Source: Nitrosopumilaceae archaeon | Lineage (GTDB): Archaea > Thermoproteota > Nitrososphaeria > Nitrososphaerales > Nitrosopumilaceae | Length of the DNA: 64,000 nucleotides | Direction: 5' to 3' | Assembly: GCA_965208905.1 (NCBI GenBank) | Contig: OZ242365.1 | Span: 1,696,001 to 1,760,000, forward strand | Shown here: positions 1-10,323 of the stretch, one piece after another | Numbering within the stretch: position 1 is the stretch's first letter | How the letters are laid out: the number at the start of each line of letters is the position of its first letter | Notes under the pieces: generated by a model | Told to the model about the DNA's origin: nothing | The model's database searches: none | What the model saw: only the letters and a program-made list of their open reading frames with translations | Position numbers and translations under genes: made by a program

Positions 1-687
1 GCACCCGCCTGGATTTGCGGTACGACGCCACCGAACACAAGAACCACGTGCACGCTATCCTGACCAAATATCCGCTCAAGAGGCCCCCGAATATCTACAC
101 GGCCAAGGGTATGGAATGGCTGCAGACCGCACCCGTCCGGAACTACGACCGAATGGCGCTTGACTCCCACCTGTATATCCTTAATGCTACCGAGAGACGC
201 ATATCCCTGCTGGAAAAGGAGATCTGCAGGATAGCCATCTTTGACCCGCGGGCCCGTCTTATGATGACCATGCCCGGGGTGGGACCGGTCACCGCGGTGA
301 CCGTCCTGGCGGAGATAGGGGACACAGGCCGGTTCGCCAGGCCTGAGCAGCTGACCGCCTACGCGGGTCTGGTGCCGTCCCACAGGAACAGCGCAGACAC
401 AGTCCGGACCGGCGGCATCACCAAAGTCCGGATCCCGCTGGCTCAGGAACGCGGCCGTAGAGGCGGCGTTCGTGGCTGTCCGGCACGACCCATACCGCAA
501 GGGTAGATACGAGCGACTGGCCGCCAGGAGAGGCCCGCAGAAGGCTCGGGTCGCCGCGGCTCGGGAGATGCTAGAGGACATGTGGTACATGCTGACCAGG
601 AACGAACCATATAACCATCCCAACTAAACCATGACCAACCGCAAGATGACCAACGCCAGGCGCGTGGCCAACCGGGATATTGCCTAG
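1..687 (+). pseudogene. IS110-family transposase/recombinase, C-terminal part, frameshifted (~425) with in-frame stop (625-627)
   Basis: MPGVGPVTAVTVLAEIGDTGRF..AYAGLVPSHRNS..GGITK motif. A second frame continues SGSRWLRNAAVEAA..KARVAAAR..WYML, typical of the IS116/IS110/IS902 domain. 5' end is cut by the window edge. Confidence 0.9.
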
Positions 688-689
688 GG

Positions 690-935
690 TATACCGGTTC
701 GGGGGCGTTTCGCCGCCCCCTGCCCAGCGAGGGGCGGCTCAACGCCCTTTGTACCTCCCCGCCGTCTGGTTGCTCAAAAATAATGCAGTAGAAAGCCAAC
801 CATCTGCAACTTCACGGGGTTAACACCTGCCCTTTTCCCCGGGGACGCGTGGGGGATTCTGCGCACCATAATTTCCTATACGCCCGCAATCCACTTGGAA
901 CATACACTCAAACCACTTTGGATGGGGTTTACATA
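690..935 (+). ncRNA. Candidate structured non-coding end of IS110 (bridge/seek-RNA-like)
   Basis: GC-rich hairpins directly downstream of the transposase (GGGGGCG-TTTCGC-CGCCCCC; GGGCG-GCTCAA-CGCCC). IS110/IS1111 elements encode guide RNAs in their non-coding ends. Confidence 0.35.
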
Positions 936-1123
936 CTGTATAATGCCGTATTGGTGCCCCCATCTTGCAAAAAGATACTCTAATACTTAAAAATCAGACA
1001 GACCCATACCATTTGGACCGGATCAAATGTATTACCAACACATAACATCAATGGGTTTTAGCAACCCAAACACATGGAAGTTCCCAATGTTTTTAACTAT
1101 CTTCATCTTGACGCCGTCTGGGT

Positions 1124-2482
1124 TTACACATCCTTGACTTTCACCATGCCTGACATCCATGGGTGAACTAGATCAAAGTACGGATACTCGCCCACTTTCT
1201 CAAAGATATGGGAGAACTTGGCTCCGGGTGCGAACAGGCCGCTGTCGAACATGCCGTTCGGCCCTCCCTCCGTTAGCACACCACTGATAACCGTATGTGC
1301 GGCCACATCGTCATTTGTCCAAACTACCTCTACGCCAACATCCACGGTAATCGTATGTGGAACATAACACCCCTTCGTCTCCTCGCAGCCGGGCACCGAA
1401 GATCCTTCGGTGATGGTTACGTGCGCTGGCGACATGTGAGGTATAACTGGCCGTGCGGAATCGCCAAAGAATAACACAAAGTCATACGGGTTGAGTCCTG
1501 CACGATTTATCAAACTGATAGATTTTTGTATTCGGGCTTTGGTAGAGCCTAGATCCGTGTTAAGAAAGAGTTTGCCCGCCCCTCTTTTGGCAGTGAAAAC
1601 TCTTCCGTTCTGGTGTATTGGTTGAGTGTTAAGTATTGCGTTGTTTGGACCTATCGGCACAGGACAATGCGATTCATTAAGGTAATCTTTGCTGACCAGC
1701 CAGTTGGCCACACCAGACAACATGTCCACCCATGATTTCAGTTCTACTCTGCTACCATCCGGACATATCAACTCCTTAGGGTATCTCATACCTTTCGTGT
1801 ATTCTATGTCGGGTAGCTTGACATCACCATCTGGACGGATCAGCCTTGGTGCCGTAGCCGGCCTGTCGGTATCGGGGGTGGGTTTTTTGCGCTTTGCCGC
1901 GGGCACTGACCGCGCAGTGGTAGGGGCTAGAACATGGCCGCCGCCCACACGCTCCATCAGTACTACGCGTTTATCATACATCTGTATCTTGTATAGCTCC
2001 ACCGTGGAGTCATTCTCCGCTCCGAATATCTGGTATTTGTCGAACTCCGGCGCCATTATAATCGCGTACATTTTTTCCCAATCAAACGAATTCTTTTGGC
2101 GCGAATTGTCCTTCTTTTTCTTATACAGCAACACGAGATCAGCATTGTGCACCCTCATGGAGTTCAGGTAAGTCCTAGCCTGGTCTACCGCCCCTGCGCT
2201 ACGTTTGTTTTTGTACTCCAAGGCAACAAACGTGTTCAGGCCTGTGTCGAACGCGACGGTGTCGGGGCGAAGCTCGCCTCCGGCCATCTCTTGGAACTCT
2301 CTTGTTAGGAATACCAGGCCGGGAAACAGTTTCTCAATGTTGGCTTCGATCAACCTGTGCATCTGGTCTTCGTTATCAAATGCATAAGCCCTCAACTCAC
2401 CCAGGGTGGATTTGTCCGACAGCTCGAACATTCGAGTGTTGTGTGTATCACCGAAACGGTATCCTCTTGCCATTGGCACCAT
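1124..2482 (-). CDS. PD-(D/E)XK endonuclease-like domain fused to a C-terminal cupredoxin (plastocyanin-like) domain
   Basis: N-terminal RPDTVAFD..ALEYK motif; C-terminal WTNDDVAAHTV..FDSGLF..YPYFDLVHPWMSG thaumarchaeal blue-copper fold. Confidence 0.75.
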   Translation of the reverse strand: MVPMARGYRFGDTHNTRMFELSDKSTLGELRAYAFDNEDQMHRLIEANIEKLFPGLVFLTREFQEMAGGELRPDTVAFDTGLNTFVALEYKNKRSAGAVDQARTYLNSMRVHNADLVLLYKKKKDNSRQKNSFDWEKMYAIIMAPEFDKYQIFGAENDSTVELYKIQMYDKRVVLMERVGGGHVLAPTTARSVPAAKRKKPTPDTDRPATAPRLIRPDGDVKLPDIEYTKGMRYPKELICPDGSRVELKSWVDMLSGVANWLVSKDYLNESHCPVPIGPNNAILNTQPIHQNGRVFTAKRGAGKLFLNTDLGSTKARIQKSISLINRAGLNPYDFVLFFGDSARPVIPHMSPAHVTITEGSSVPGCEETKGCYVPHTITVDVGVEVVWTNDDVAAHTVISGVLTEGGPNGMFDSGLFAPGAKFSHIFEKVGEYPYFDLVHPWMSGMVKVKDV

Positions 2483-2518
2483 TTATGGCATCCGGGTTTT
2501 TATTGATTGTGTTGTTGG

Positions 2519-2704
2519 GGGGCTGGGAAGAAATGCTGACCTAGGGAAAGTGCTGACCTGAAGTGGGAAGAAGTGCTAACCTGACCTAGATTTCCACTCC
2601 GACCCCAATTTCCACTCCGCACACCTAATCACACCAGACCACCATTTCCACTCTGGGTCACATATTTCCCAACTTCTTCTAGGTCACCATATCTTCCCAG
2701 CCCC
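2519..2704. mobile_element. MITE with 26-bp imperfect TIRs (GGGGCTGGGAAG..TGACCTAG) and internal TTTCCACT boxes
   Basis: 2519-2544 ggggctgggaagaaatgctgacctag vs reverse complement of 2679-2704 ggggctgggaagatatggtgacctag. No TSD visible. Confidence 0.7.
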
Positions 2705-2736
2705 TTACAAAGACTTAACAGGTCCGCCTGTGATGT

Positions 2737-3396
2737 GTGATCATGGAGATTGTAAAATTCACCATACCAGACAATAAGGGCAGGCCTGTTCCGTTTACGA
2801 TAAAGGTGGATGTACCACGCGATACCATACGCGCTGCCATGGATGAGGTCATCCACATCTTTAAGGCCAAGGGCTACATGGCTGGTGAGTTCGCTTGGAG
2901 GCGTAAATTAGCCGCCCTCGTGATTGTGGAGCCTGAGGAATATTGTGGCCAAGAGGATAAGGTTGGTCGTTTACCGTTCGGGATAAGCAGTAGTCTGTAC
3001 GACAAGATCGACCAATGGTATCCATTCTGGGACATTGTGCCGTCGAATAGTCGTGGAGTATTACTCAAGTTGAAAGATGAGTGGCACAAGTCAATGAGGG
3101 ATTGGCTCAATGAACGGAATGAGAGATCCGTCCGGGAGGAAGAGGATATTATGCTCCGGGAAACGGACACATGGGAGGATCTGGACGAGATAGACAGGTT
3201 ATTGTCCAGTATACTAGAACATGCGTCAAAAATGAGCTCTGAGTTTGTTATAATATCGCGGTCACCAGATCGTGACATGTCTAAAGTGGTCAAGACATTG
3301 GACCACATGGCCACCCTTAAGTTGGAGGTGGAGCGGGCACAGATGATACTGCGCCGACTTGGTCGGTACAGAAAGGACGTGAACGCGTCCGCGTAA
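2737..3396 (+). CDS. Hypothetical protein (C-terminal helical/coiled-coil)
   Basis: 219-aa ORF with natural composition; no recognised motif. Confidence 0.6.
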   Translation: MIMEIVKFTIPDNKGRPVPFTIKVDVPRDTIRAAMDEVIHIFKAKGYMAGEFAWRRKLAALVIVEPEEYCGQEDKVGRLPFGISSSLYDKIDQWYPFWDIVPSNSRGVLLKLKDEWHKSMRDWLNERNERSVREEEDIMLRETDTWEDLDEIDRLLSSILEHASKMSSEFVIISRSPDRDMSKVVKTLDHMATLKLEVERAQMILRRLGRYRKDVNASA

Positions 3397-3454
3397 GGCC
3401 AACTTCGCACTTCCATGGAAGTACCTAATTCCAGACTACCGCATGTGGAAGGTG

Positions 3455-4498
3455 TGTATTATGTCGAAATTATTTCGCCTAGTCATCGGTGTCCCTCTCC
3501 ATCCATTCTAAGTCACTCTTCCTGACATCATCTGGTACTTTTTTGTTGTGAAATGCCTGTAGCGGGGTCTCGCCATTGTTTATGTCTAAAGACCAGTGCA
3601 GTCGCACCTCGTTGTAGTACGCGACAAACTCCGCTAGGCTGCCAAAATGACATAGTTCTTCTTCCAAGGTGCGGTGGAACCGTTCAAGCTTGCCGTTTGT
3701 TTGTGGGTGGTAGGGGCGGGTGTTGATCAACTCAATACCCCGGTCAAGCAGCTCTGCCTCAAATATAGTGGGGGTCCATGATTTTGCAGGAATCTTTCTT
3801 CTCACACCCACAAAGCACGATCCGTTGTCGGAGAGTATGGTGGCCGGGGTTCCAAACTCAACAATGCTATTTTGCAGGACTGTTACCGCGTTCTCGGATG
3901 TGGCCCCCTTGAATATCATGGCTCCAACCACACATCTTGACGCATCATCAAGATATGTGATTAATTGGTAGCCTTGAAAACGTGGATCTTTCATCGCATG
4001 CCAGTCCGTATGCCACATCGCATTGGAGTATCTGCGCTCATAGCGTATCCATTTACGCCTGCGCGATTTTGCTGCAGATAGAGTGACCATATTGTTTTCT
4101 TTCATGATTGTGTATACCGTTTTTTCACTTATTTGTATGCCCTTGTGATTTAAGTACTTGGTGATCCTTGTGACGCCTGCTGGCATTATACGATGTGCTG
4201 CTAGTACGACGTTGGTTTGCTCCTCGGTGGGAGGAATCTTGGGTCTGCCTGGCATTTGTAGTGTGGGAATCTTGCCCGTTGCACGATACATTGCCCAGAG
4301 TTGTTGTACGCGTCTCTGGCTAATCTTCATCTCTGTAGCAATGTGTGATGTACTACTACCTTTCCTGCATTGTCGAATGATATAATCTATCTGCTTCTGT
4401 GTCAGATTGACTCTCATGGGTTTGCGTGATCTATATAGACTAAAATATTCTTTGGTTGGCAGTCTAAAGTTAGGGCGAACTAATTTCCGCACAATAGA
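3455..4498 (-). mobile_element. Complete IS481-family element, 25-bp imperfect TIRs, 16-bp target duplication
   Basis: TIRs tgtattatgtcgaaattatttcgcc vs tctattgtgcggaaattagttcgcc (20/25). Direct repeat ccgcatgtggaaggtg at 3439-3454 and 4499-4514. Confidence 0.9.
3479..4417 (-). CDS. IS481-family DDE transposase
   Basis: HTH N-terminus; MWHTD..LDDASR..LSDNG..PYHPQTNGKLERFHRT rve core. Start taken at MRVNL, inside the TIRs. Confidence 0.92.
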   Translation of the reverse strand: MRVNLTQKQIDYIIRQCRKGSSTSHIATEMKISQRRVQQLWAMYRATGKIPTLQMPGRPKIPPTEEQTNVVLAAHRIMPAGVTRITKYLNHKGIQISEKTVYTIMKENNMVTLSAAKSRRRKWIRYERRYSNAMWHTDWHAMKDPRFQGYQLITYLDDASRCVVGAMIFKGATSENAVTVLQNSIVEFGTPATILSDNGSCFVGVRRKIPAKSWTPTIFEAELLDRGIELINTRPYHPQTNGKLERFHRTLEEELCHFGSLAEFVAYYNEVRLHWSLDINNGETPLQAFHNKKVPDDVRKSDLEWMERDTDD

Positions 4499-4684
4499 CC
4501 GCATGTGGAAGGTGCCAAGAACTTATGACCTGTACAAGACTGTCAAAAAAGTGACCTGAAATGGGAATGGTGGTCAACGCTTCTATTTCAACCCCTCTTC
4601 AATTATCAATGCCAACTCCCTAGTTTAACATGAAAATGTGATAGAACATACATGACGCACTTGCAATCCAGCCGGCGCAGTTCT

Positions 4685-5792
4685 CTAGCGGTTGTTCACT
4701 ATATCATCCCACGCGATCTTGTGCTCATATCGTATCGTGGGATCCTTCTCGACTAACGTCACATAGTTGGCCACAAATATCGCTGGCGTCCTGACGAGTC
4801 GTAGATAATACTTTAGCGTGTCAAGTACACCGTTCACTATGACTTGGCAACCATGCTCCCTCTTTATCCGTATCACCTCAGTGGTGATTTGTTCTACAGA
4901 TTCTCCCTCCACGGTAGTCAGCATGTAATATCGATCAATCTGTTGACTGCGGAACTTTTCGTATGCATTACGGATCATACTGACCGTAATTACTTGGCCG
5001 TGTTTGATCTCCACTGCCTCAAACACCGTATTACGTTCCGGATCTGTCACCTCAATGTCTCCTGTCGCGCCTGACTTGGAATCGGCGGAAGTATGTGATT
5101 CCAAAGGCAAAAGGAGTTTGTGTTTGTAACGTGACACTTCGCCACCCCCCCCCCCCGCCAACCATTTGCTGATATACTGCATATATTGCTAGGACGGGTA
5201 GTCGGGCTTTCCCTGATCCACCACGCTCAAAATGTTCGGTCAAATAGGATACGATTTCTCTTATGGTTAGATTCGTTGGCTTTGATAGCGCCACATTCTC
5301 CTTGTCCCTACGCTGTTTTAGCAACCAGAACATATACACAATCAGTGGTTCTGGACTAACTGTCCCCCGTTCAACACTATCTATAATTCTCAAGAACGCA
5401 TCTTTAATGCCCTTTCCTGATATTTTGCCCGGATAGTCCAAGGTGTATGGATGCGCTTGTTCAAACGATCTAGTGAGCCAGCCCGAACCACTTTTCATGT
5501 ATGGAAATCCATTCTTTGCAAGAAACGGGGTTACCTTGCTTGTATCTAGTCCCCTGCCAGAATAGCCGCCGGGCATCTCTGATCTGTGCAGTCGAATATC
5601 TTGTTTAATGTCTACGGATTTTTTGACCAATGATGTGAGTAATACAGTCATGGGGGAGGTGTTCCGCCACTGTACCAACACGCCAATATCCTCCATCACA
5701 CTTTCAGGAATGCCCAACTTTGGCACCCTATTCAACTTTATTCCGTCCCGCAGGCTACGCTCTAGTACCGCCTGATGTTTATCCAGACTCAT
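4685..5792 (-). pseudogene. Putative type II restriction endonuclease split by a frameshift in a G12 tract (5145-5156)
   Basis: ORFs 5052-5792 and 4685-5182 join at the G run. C-terminal half has a GDIEV..EAVEIKH PD-(D/E)XK motif. Overlaps the upstream MTase. Confidence 0.75.
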
Positions 5793-6774
5793 CTCCTATC
5801 CGTTCTTTTGCAGCGGCGCAGTATTCTGGGTTGATATCCATACCAATATAATGCCGTCCCATTGCCTTGGCCGCCACACCTGTACTACCGCTCCCAATAT
5901 ATGGATCAAGTACTACGGCTCCTGGTGGTGTCAACAATGCTATCAGCTCCTTAATGAGTTGTACAGGGTATATTGCAGGATGGCTATTCCATTTGAGGTT
6001 CTCGACATGGCATGTGATTGCATCTTTCTTCAGTGATGCACCATGCATGTGTATGATTGTGAAGCCCTGTTTTTGTATCTGAGAAAGGCGTCCTCCAGCA
6101 TTGCCACCGAACGGCAACGAGTGAATACCACGTACCTTCATCCTGAAGTCTGTAATCTTCCCACTCCGTACATCAGCAATGGCATTGTCTAGTGCCGCCA
6201 GCGCATTGGTCTTCTGTTCTCGGGTAAGGTCTGAGTCCTGTATAATCATCCTGTACCTATTGCCGAGTGAAGGGGACACGTTCGGGCGTGTTTTTGGTGG
6301 AGTACGCATGAATGAGTCCAAGTCATAATAATAATCTGGGCTTTTCACAAAGTGAAAAAATGGTTCCGTACTGCTGACTAATCGGCGCTTGTATTGCCTT
6401 GGTGTAGGATTGGTCTTGAACCATGTTATATCATTGACAAGGTAGACATTCCTAGTATCCATAATACGGATGGCGAACCGATATGGCACCAACAGTAGTC
6501 CTCCACCCGAATATTTGTCCCCCATGTTGAACACAATACTACCCCGGGGGTTGACCACCCTCACACACTCATCAAACACATCCAACATTGCATCAATGTA
6601 ATTATCCACACCATACTCATCACCGGCAGCACCCCCGGCTCCGGCCCGTTGATTGAAGTATGGTGGAGATGTGACAACCAAGTGTATGGTGTTATCGGGG
6701 ATCTGCCGTAGTAACCTGCAACTATTCCCACACTGTACCGTGTCAAGAAATGGTATGACTTGTGTCTCCTGCAT
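5779..6774 (-). CDS. Beta-class N4-cytosine/N6-adenine DNA methyltransferase
   Basis: VTSPPY catalytic motif N-terminal; HPAIYP and VLDPYIGSGST SAM-binding motif C-terminal. Confidence 0.93.
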   Translation of the reverse strand: MQETQVIPFLDTVQCGNSCRLLRQIPDNTIHLVVTSPPYFNQRAGAGGAAGDEYGVDNYIDAMLDVFDECVRVVNPRGSIVFNMGDKYSGGGLLLVPYRFAIRIMDTRNVYLVNDITWFKTNPTPRQYKRRLVSSTEPFFHFVKSPDYYYDLDSFMRTPPKTRPNVSPSLGNRYRMIIQDSDLTREQKTNALAALDNAIADVRSGKITDFRMKVRGIHSLPFGGNAGGRLSQIQKQGFTIIHMHGASLKKDAITCHVENLKWNSHPAIYPVQLIKELIALLTPPGAVVLDPYIGSGSTGVAAKAMGRHYIGMDINPEYCAAAKERIGDESG

Positions 6775-6851
6775 GATTTGTAATTTACAACCACTGTTTT
6801 TACGTGTATCGTAGACTCAACATATATCTGACAACGTACAGTTGATGTAAC

Positions 6852-7664
6852 ATGAAAATGGAAATGCTGAGCGATACCACTCTTGAAGAGGTGGCCAGAC
6901 TGCTAGCAGACTGTTGTACTGGATCATATATTACTGGCGTGTTCCACAACCAAAACATTCCGGATGAGTTGGGATACAACCAAACCAAGTGGAGGCGCCT
7001 ATACCATGCGTTCGTATCATCTCAAAACAAATATCAGTGCTCAAACCACACTTTTGCCGTGATCAAGGCCATTCTTGATCCGGTCCGGTTTAGAAATAAC
7101 CCTGATGGGTTTGAGAACATTCGCCGGGATCTAAACACCGTGCTAGCTTTCTCTGGTTTTGAGTACGGTGACGATAGGAATTTCAGAAGATGTACTACCG
7201 CTCAGACACTTACCGAGGCACAACGGCATGACACAATGCTGGTAAAACTGCAGGGGAGGAACATACACCAACGGGTGCTCGCCTATTGTAAAGCCGAACT
7301 CTTGCAGGACAACTACTTTCATGCTGTCTTTGAAGCATCCAAAGGATTGGCCGAGCATATCCGTGAAAAATCCGGAAGCGCCAAGGACGGCGCCGCTCTG
7401 GTCGACGAGGTTTTTACGGTGAAGAGTCCAATATTGGCATTTAACGATCTAAAGACTGAAACGGAGATAAGCGAGCACACCGGGTTTGCCGCCCTGCTGA
7501 AGGGGTGCTTTGCCGCCATCCGAAACCCGCGCGCCCACACACCGAGGATACATTGGGAGGGAGACGACAACGCGGCTGACTACCTTACACTGATCTCGTT
7601 GCTTCACCGTAAGATAGACAGCTGCCACAGGGTGAATGAGTCTGTCTTTAAGAATATGTTCTGA
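6852..7664 (+). CDS. TIGR02391-family protein (defence-associated)
   Basis: NYFHAVFEASK..DGAALVDEVF..GFAALLKG..AIRNPRAH signature with an RxxxxH motif. Confidence 0.85.
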   Translation: MKMEMLSDTTLEEVARLLADCCTGSYITGVFHNQNIPDELGYNQTKWRRLYHAFVSSQNKYQCSNHTFAVIKAILDPVRFRNNPDGFENIRRDLNTVLAFSGFEYGDDRNFRRCTTAQTLTEAQRHDTMLVKLQGRNIHQRVLAYCKAELLQDNYFHAVFEASKGLAEHIREKSGSAKDGAALVDEVFTVKSPILAFNDLKTETEISEHTGFAALLKGCFAAIRNPRAHTPRIHWEGDDNAADYLTLISLLHRKIDSCHRVNESVFKNMF

Positions 7665-7932
7665 GTTGAACTGGCAAGTTGACAGCGCCTAGAGTGAAAG
7701 TAAGTAAATTCGGGTTCACCGTGTGGAGAGCAGTAAGCGGACCCCTTTGTTTCCATGGGCTTCGAGCTTTCCAGAGTGGAAACAGGGGTAAAGTATTTCT
7801 ATTTCCGCTCCGCTAAAATAACCTCATTTCCACTCCGCACGCCTAATCACATCGAACCCCTATTTCCACTCTGGGTCACTTTTTTGACAGTTTTGTGCAA
7901 GTCATAGTTCTTGACACCTCCTTTTCCAGTCT
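7665..7932. repeat. Copy of the dispersed TTTCCACT/MITE repeat family
   Basis: 7826-7880 matches 2609-2660; 7855-7922 is an inverted match to 4506-4575. Confidence 0.7.
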
Positions 7933-8432
7933 TATGGGTCGCTCCTGGCTGGCTTGCCTAGCATCCCTTCCAACTTGTCGCACATCTCTTTGACCTCGTC
8001 CTGAAGGGATGTGTAGTTTGCGGGAATAGGTTTAGGGTCATGATCCTGCCATGAGACTATTCCTAATCTGTCCCTGTTGAACGATTCCAGATAAAGTGAG
8101 TACGTCTTTTTCGACAGCAAGTGCTGGGTTGAGCTGAAGTGGTTGCGTAGCCACTCGTAGTCGGTAGGACTATTCAAAACGTGCGTGCAGTTATTTATTT
8201 TCTTAAAGGCAGGATGGTTCACTGCTCTGTTGTTAGACTCCTTCAGGAACCGCCACAGTGAGGTGTATGCTCCAAGTCGGTCTTGGATGTGGGACTGCTC
8301 CTTTTCCTTTTCCTGTCTTTTCACGGAGCCGTTCGCAATCCACTCGCTACCCAGCACTCCTATAATGCTGCCCATTATGCCACTGATCAGGCTCATTATG
8401 ATCGTTATTAAATTGCCGTCCACTGTCAACAC
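7932..8432 (-). CDS. Hypothetical protein with N-terminal membrane anchor
   Basis: Hydrophobic LITIIMSLISGIMGSIIGVLG followed by a helical domain. Confidence 0.6.
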   Translation of the reverse strand: MLTVDGNLITIIMSLISGIMGSIIGVLGSEWIANGSVKRQEKEKEQSHIQDRLGAYTSLWRFLKESNNRAVNHPAFKKINNCTHVLNSPTDYEWLRNHFSSTQHLLSKKTYSLYLESFNRDRLGIVSWQDHDPKPIPANYTSLQDEVKEMCDKLEGMLGKPARSDP

Positions 8433-8534
8433 TCTTGGCTGTTCCAGCCGTCCTATGCATGTTGCGGTGTGAATGTTGGTGTATGCCCAGATTCCAGCCG
8501 TGCCGTTGCAATGTACCCGTAAGTTGTCTTAATA

Positions 8535-8993
8535 TTGAACAGGAAACAAATGTACGCCATGAGCAAAGACGATGGAGGCGGGCGAAATAGCCTGACCGAT
8601 GATGAGCAGCGCGTCATGGGTTACTTTGCCAAGGCGGGCGGCGATCGTACGATGGAGGAGATCGTGAGTGGTGTGGATAGGAATGTGTTCAATGCTGACG
8701 CTTTATTTGATGCGAATGTAGATCTTTACTATGACAGGGAAGACGTAGAGACCGCGGTGCATAGTTTGATTGAGAAGGGGTTGCTAAAAGAGGCAGAAGA
8801 TGAGAATGAAACTCGCTACCGCGCAAAGATAACCCGGACGCATGTGCACAACCGTGTTAGCGTAGCCGGAACCAAAACACGCCGGTTTTTGCCGAAGTTT
8901 GGTCGCGTCTGGAAGCCACTAGCGATGGTTCTTGGAATGGTGGCTGCGGTCGTTACGATAACGACTAGTCTATATTTCTTACTGAGTCCGTGA
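8535..8993 (+). CDS. Hypothetical wHTH-like protein with C-terminal TM helix
   Basis: LTDDEQRVM..VETAVHSLIEKGLL wHTH-like pattern; C-terminal hydrophobic stretch. Confidence 0.55.
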   Translation: MNRKQMYAMSKDDGGGRNSLTDDEQRVMGYFAKAGGDRTMEEIVSGVDRNVFNADALFDANVDLYYDREDVETAVHSLIEKGLLKEAEDENETRYRAKITRTHVHNRVSVAGTKTRRFLPKFGRVWKPLAMVLGMVAAVVTITTSLYFLLSP

Positions 8994-9292
8994 GCGGTGC
9001 CAAGCGTCGCCCGCGCCGGTACCTGTAGGCGAACAAGTTACGTGTGCTTCTGGCAATTCTTATCATCAGAGTCTATATCCGAGTCAGACTCTTTATCCTC
9101 AATAACCCTATCAGGGCGCGGTGGTCGGATTGTTCTCTTGCATGGATTATAGCGCCTGTATGTGTATGTGTTGATGATCTGCCTGCTAGTTCATGACTGA
9201 TCCTTGTCGGGACCATCACATTCGCCGGCAACGTATACATTGATGATAGCCTGCCAGTTCATGCCCACCTCATGCTGTCCCGTCACCCCGAG

Positions 9293-10105
9293 CTATAGGC
9301 CGTCCGCTGCCTGTCCTGACCATGGTACGCCTCGCTGCAATGCCTTAGCTATTTCGGCGTAAGATGCCAGATCTGGCTTCGTATCCGGAAACTGGTTGTA
9401 CGTTCGCCCGCCTATCTGCCGGCCACCGGATTTTGGCCTAGGTCCGCCCCACTGCTTGAAGAACACCCGTACGTTCTGGCGGATACACTGCTCAATAAGA
9501 TTCCGCACCCATTCTTCTTTGACCGCCCTGTATCTACGGCCGCTCTCCCCACCTATTATGGCCCAATCTATACTTTGCAGATCGACACCTTTTATGTCCT
9601 CAAGCAGTGGCTCAAAGCTGACAAAGCGCATGGAGCACTTTACCCTTCTCAGCTCGCGGATTCTCCAAGTAGTATCGTTGTCTTCAACACTCACTCCCAT
9701 CCATATGTGTTCTGGTATCTGTGACTTGAAGTAACCTTGGAACATCTTGGAGAACTCGTACATCTTCTGCGGGCGCTTGGTTAGTACTTGGTATATGTGC
9801 CAGTCCGCCTTTACCATCGTTAGAAAGCATCTTCCGATAAACTCCATCTCTACATCTTCGTGGAACAGGTCTGACATACTGTTGACGAAGACCTTGCGCG
9901 GCTTTTTCCAATGCATTGGTAGGTCTACCTCATCCTCGTGTTGGGTGAATACGAAATCATTCTTGTATTTTTTAAGTCCCATTGCCTTCAGTCGTTTGGA
10001 AAGTGTTGCAGCGTAGCAGTTTTGGCAACCTTGGGATATTTTGGTGCAACCTGTGGTGGGATTCCAAGTAGCTTCCGTCCATTCTATGCCAGAACTGTTA
10101 GCCAT
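9293..10105 (-). CDS. DUF5131 (phage Gp37/Gp68) family three-Cys-motif protein
   Basis: IEWTEATWNPTTGCTKISQGCQNCYA; FVNSMSDLFHE; QVLTKRP; SFEPLL; WAIIGGESG; FFKQWGG. Confidence 0.93.
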   Translation of the reverse strand: MANSSGIEWTEATWNPTTGCTKISQGCQNCYAATLSKRLKAMGLKKYKNDFVFTQHEDEVDLPMHWKKPRKVFVNSMSDLFHEDVEMEFIGRCFLTMVKADWHIYQVLTKRPQKMYEFSKMFQGYFKSQIPEHIWMGVSVEDNDTTWRIRELRRVKCSMRFVSFEPLLEDIKGVDLQSIDWAIIGGESGRRYRAVKEEWVRNLIEQCIRQNVRVFFKQWGGPRPKSGGRQIGGRTYNQFPDTKPDLASYAEIAKALQRGVPWSGQAADGL

Positions 10106-10323
10106 ACATGAATATTTGGTACCGATGTGGTTATTTAAGGTAGTGAATGCGGCAGTCATATGCAGTATTACTTTGTTCATACAATCCAGGATCACCTGTC
10201 TTGTGATATCAAGACATCATTACCAACATCCAAAGAACGGATCATCTTCAAAACAATTCATCAGGTGATAAGTCGACCAAGGTTTTTGAATGGTTATTAA
10301 CATGGATGAATAAATGAGTCGGT

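Noticed and set aside
7765-7792. TTCCAGAGTGGAAACAGGGG resembles an archaeal ORB origin box
   Set aside because: It lies within the dispersed MITE-like family, with no cdc6/orc1 gene or AT-rich unwinding element nearby. Not fully excluded.
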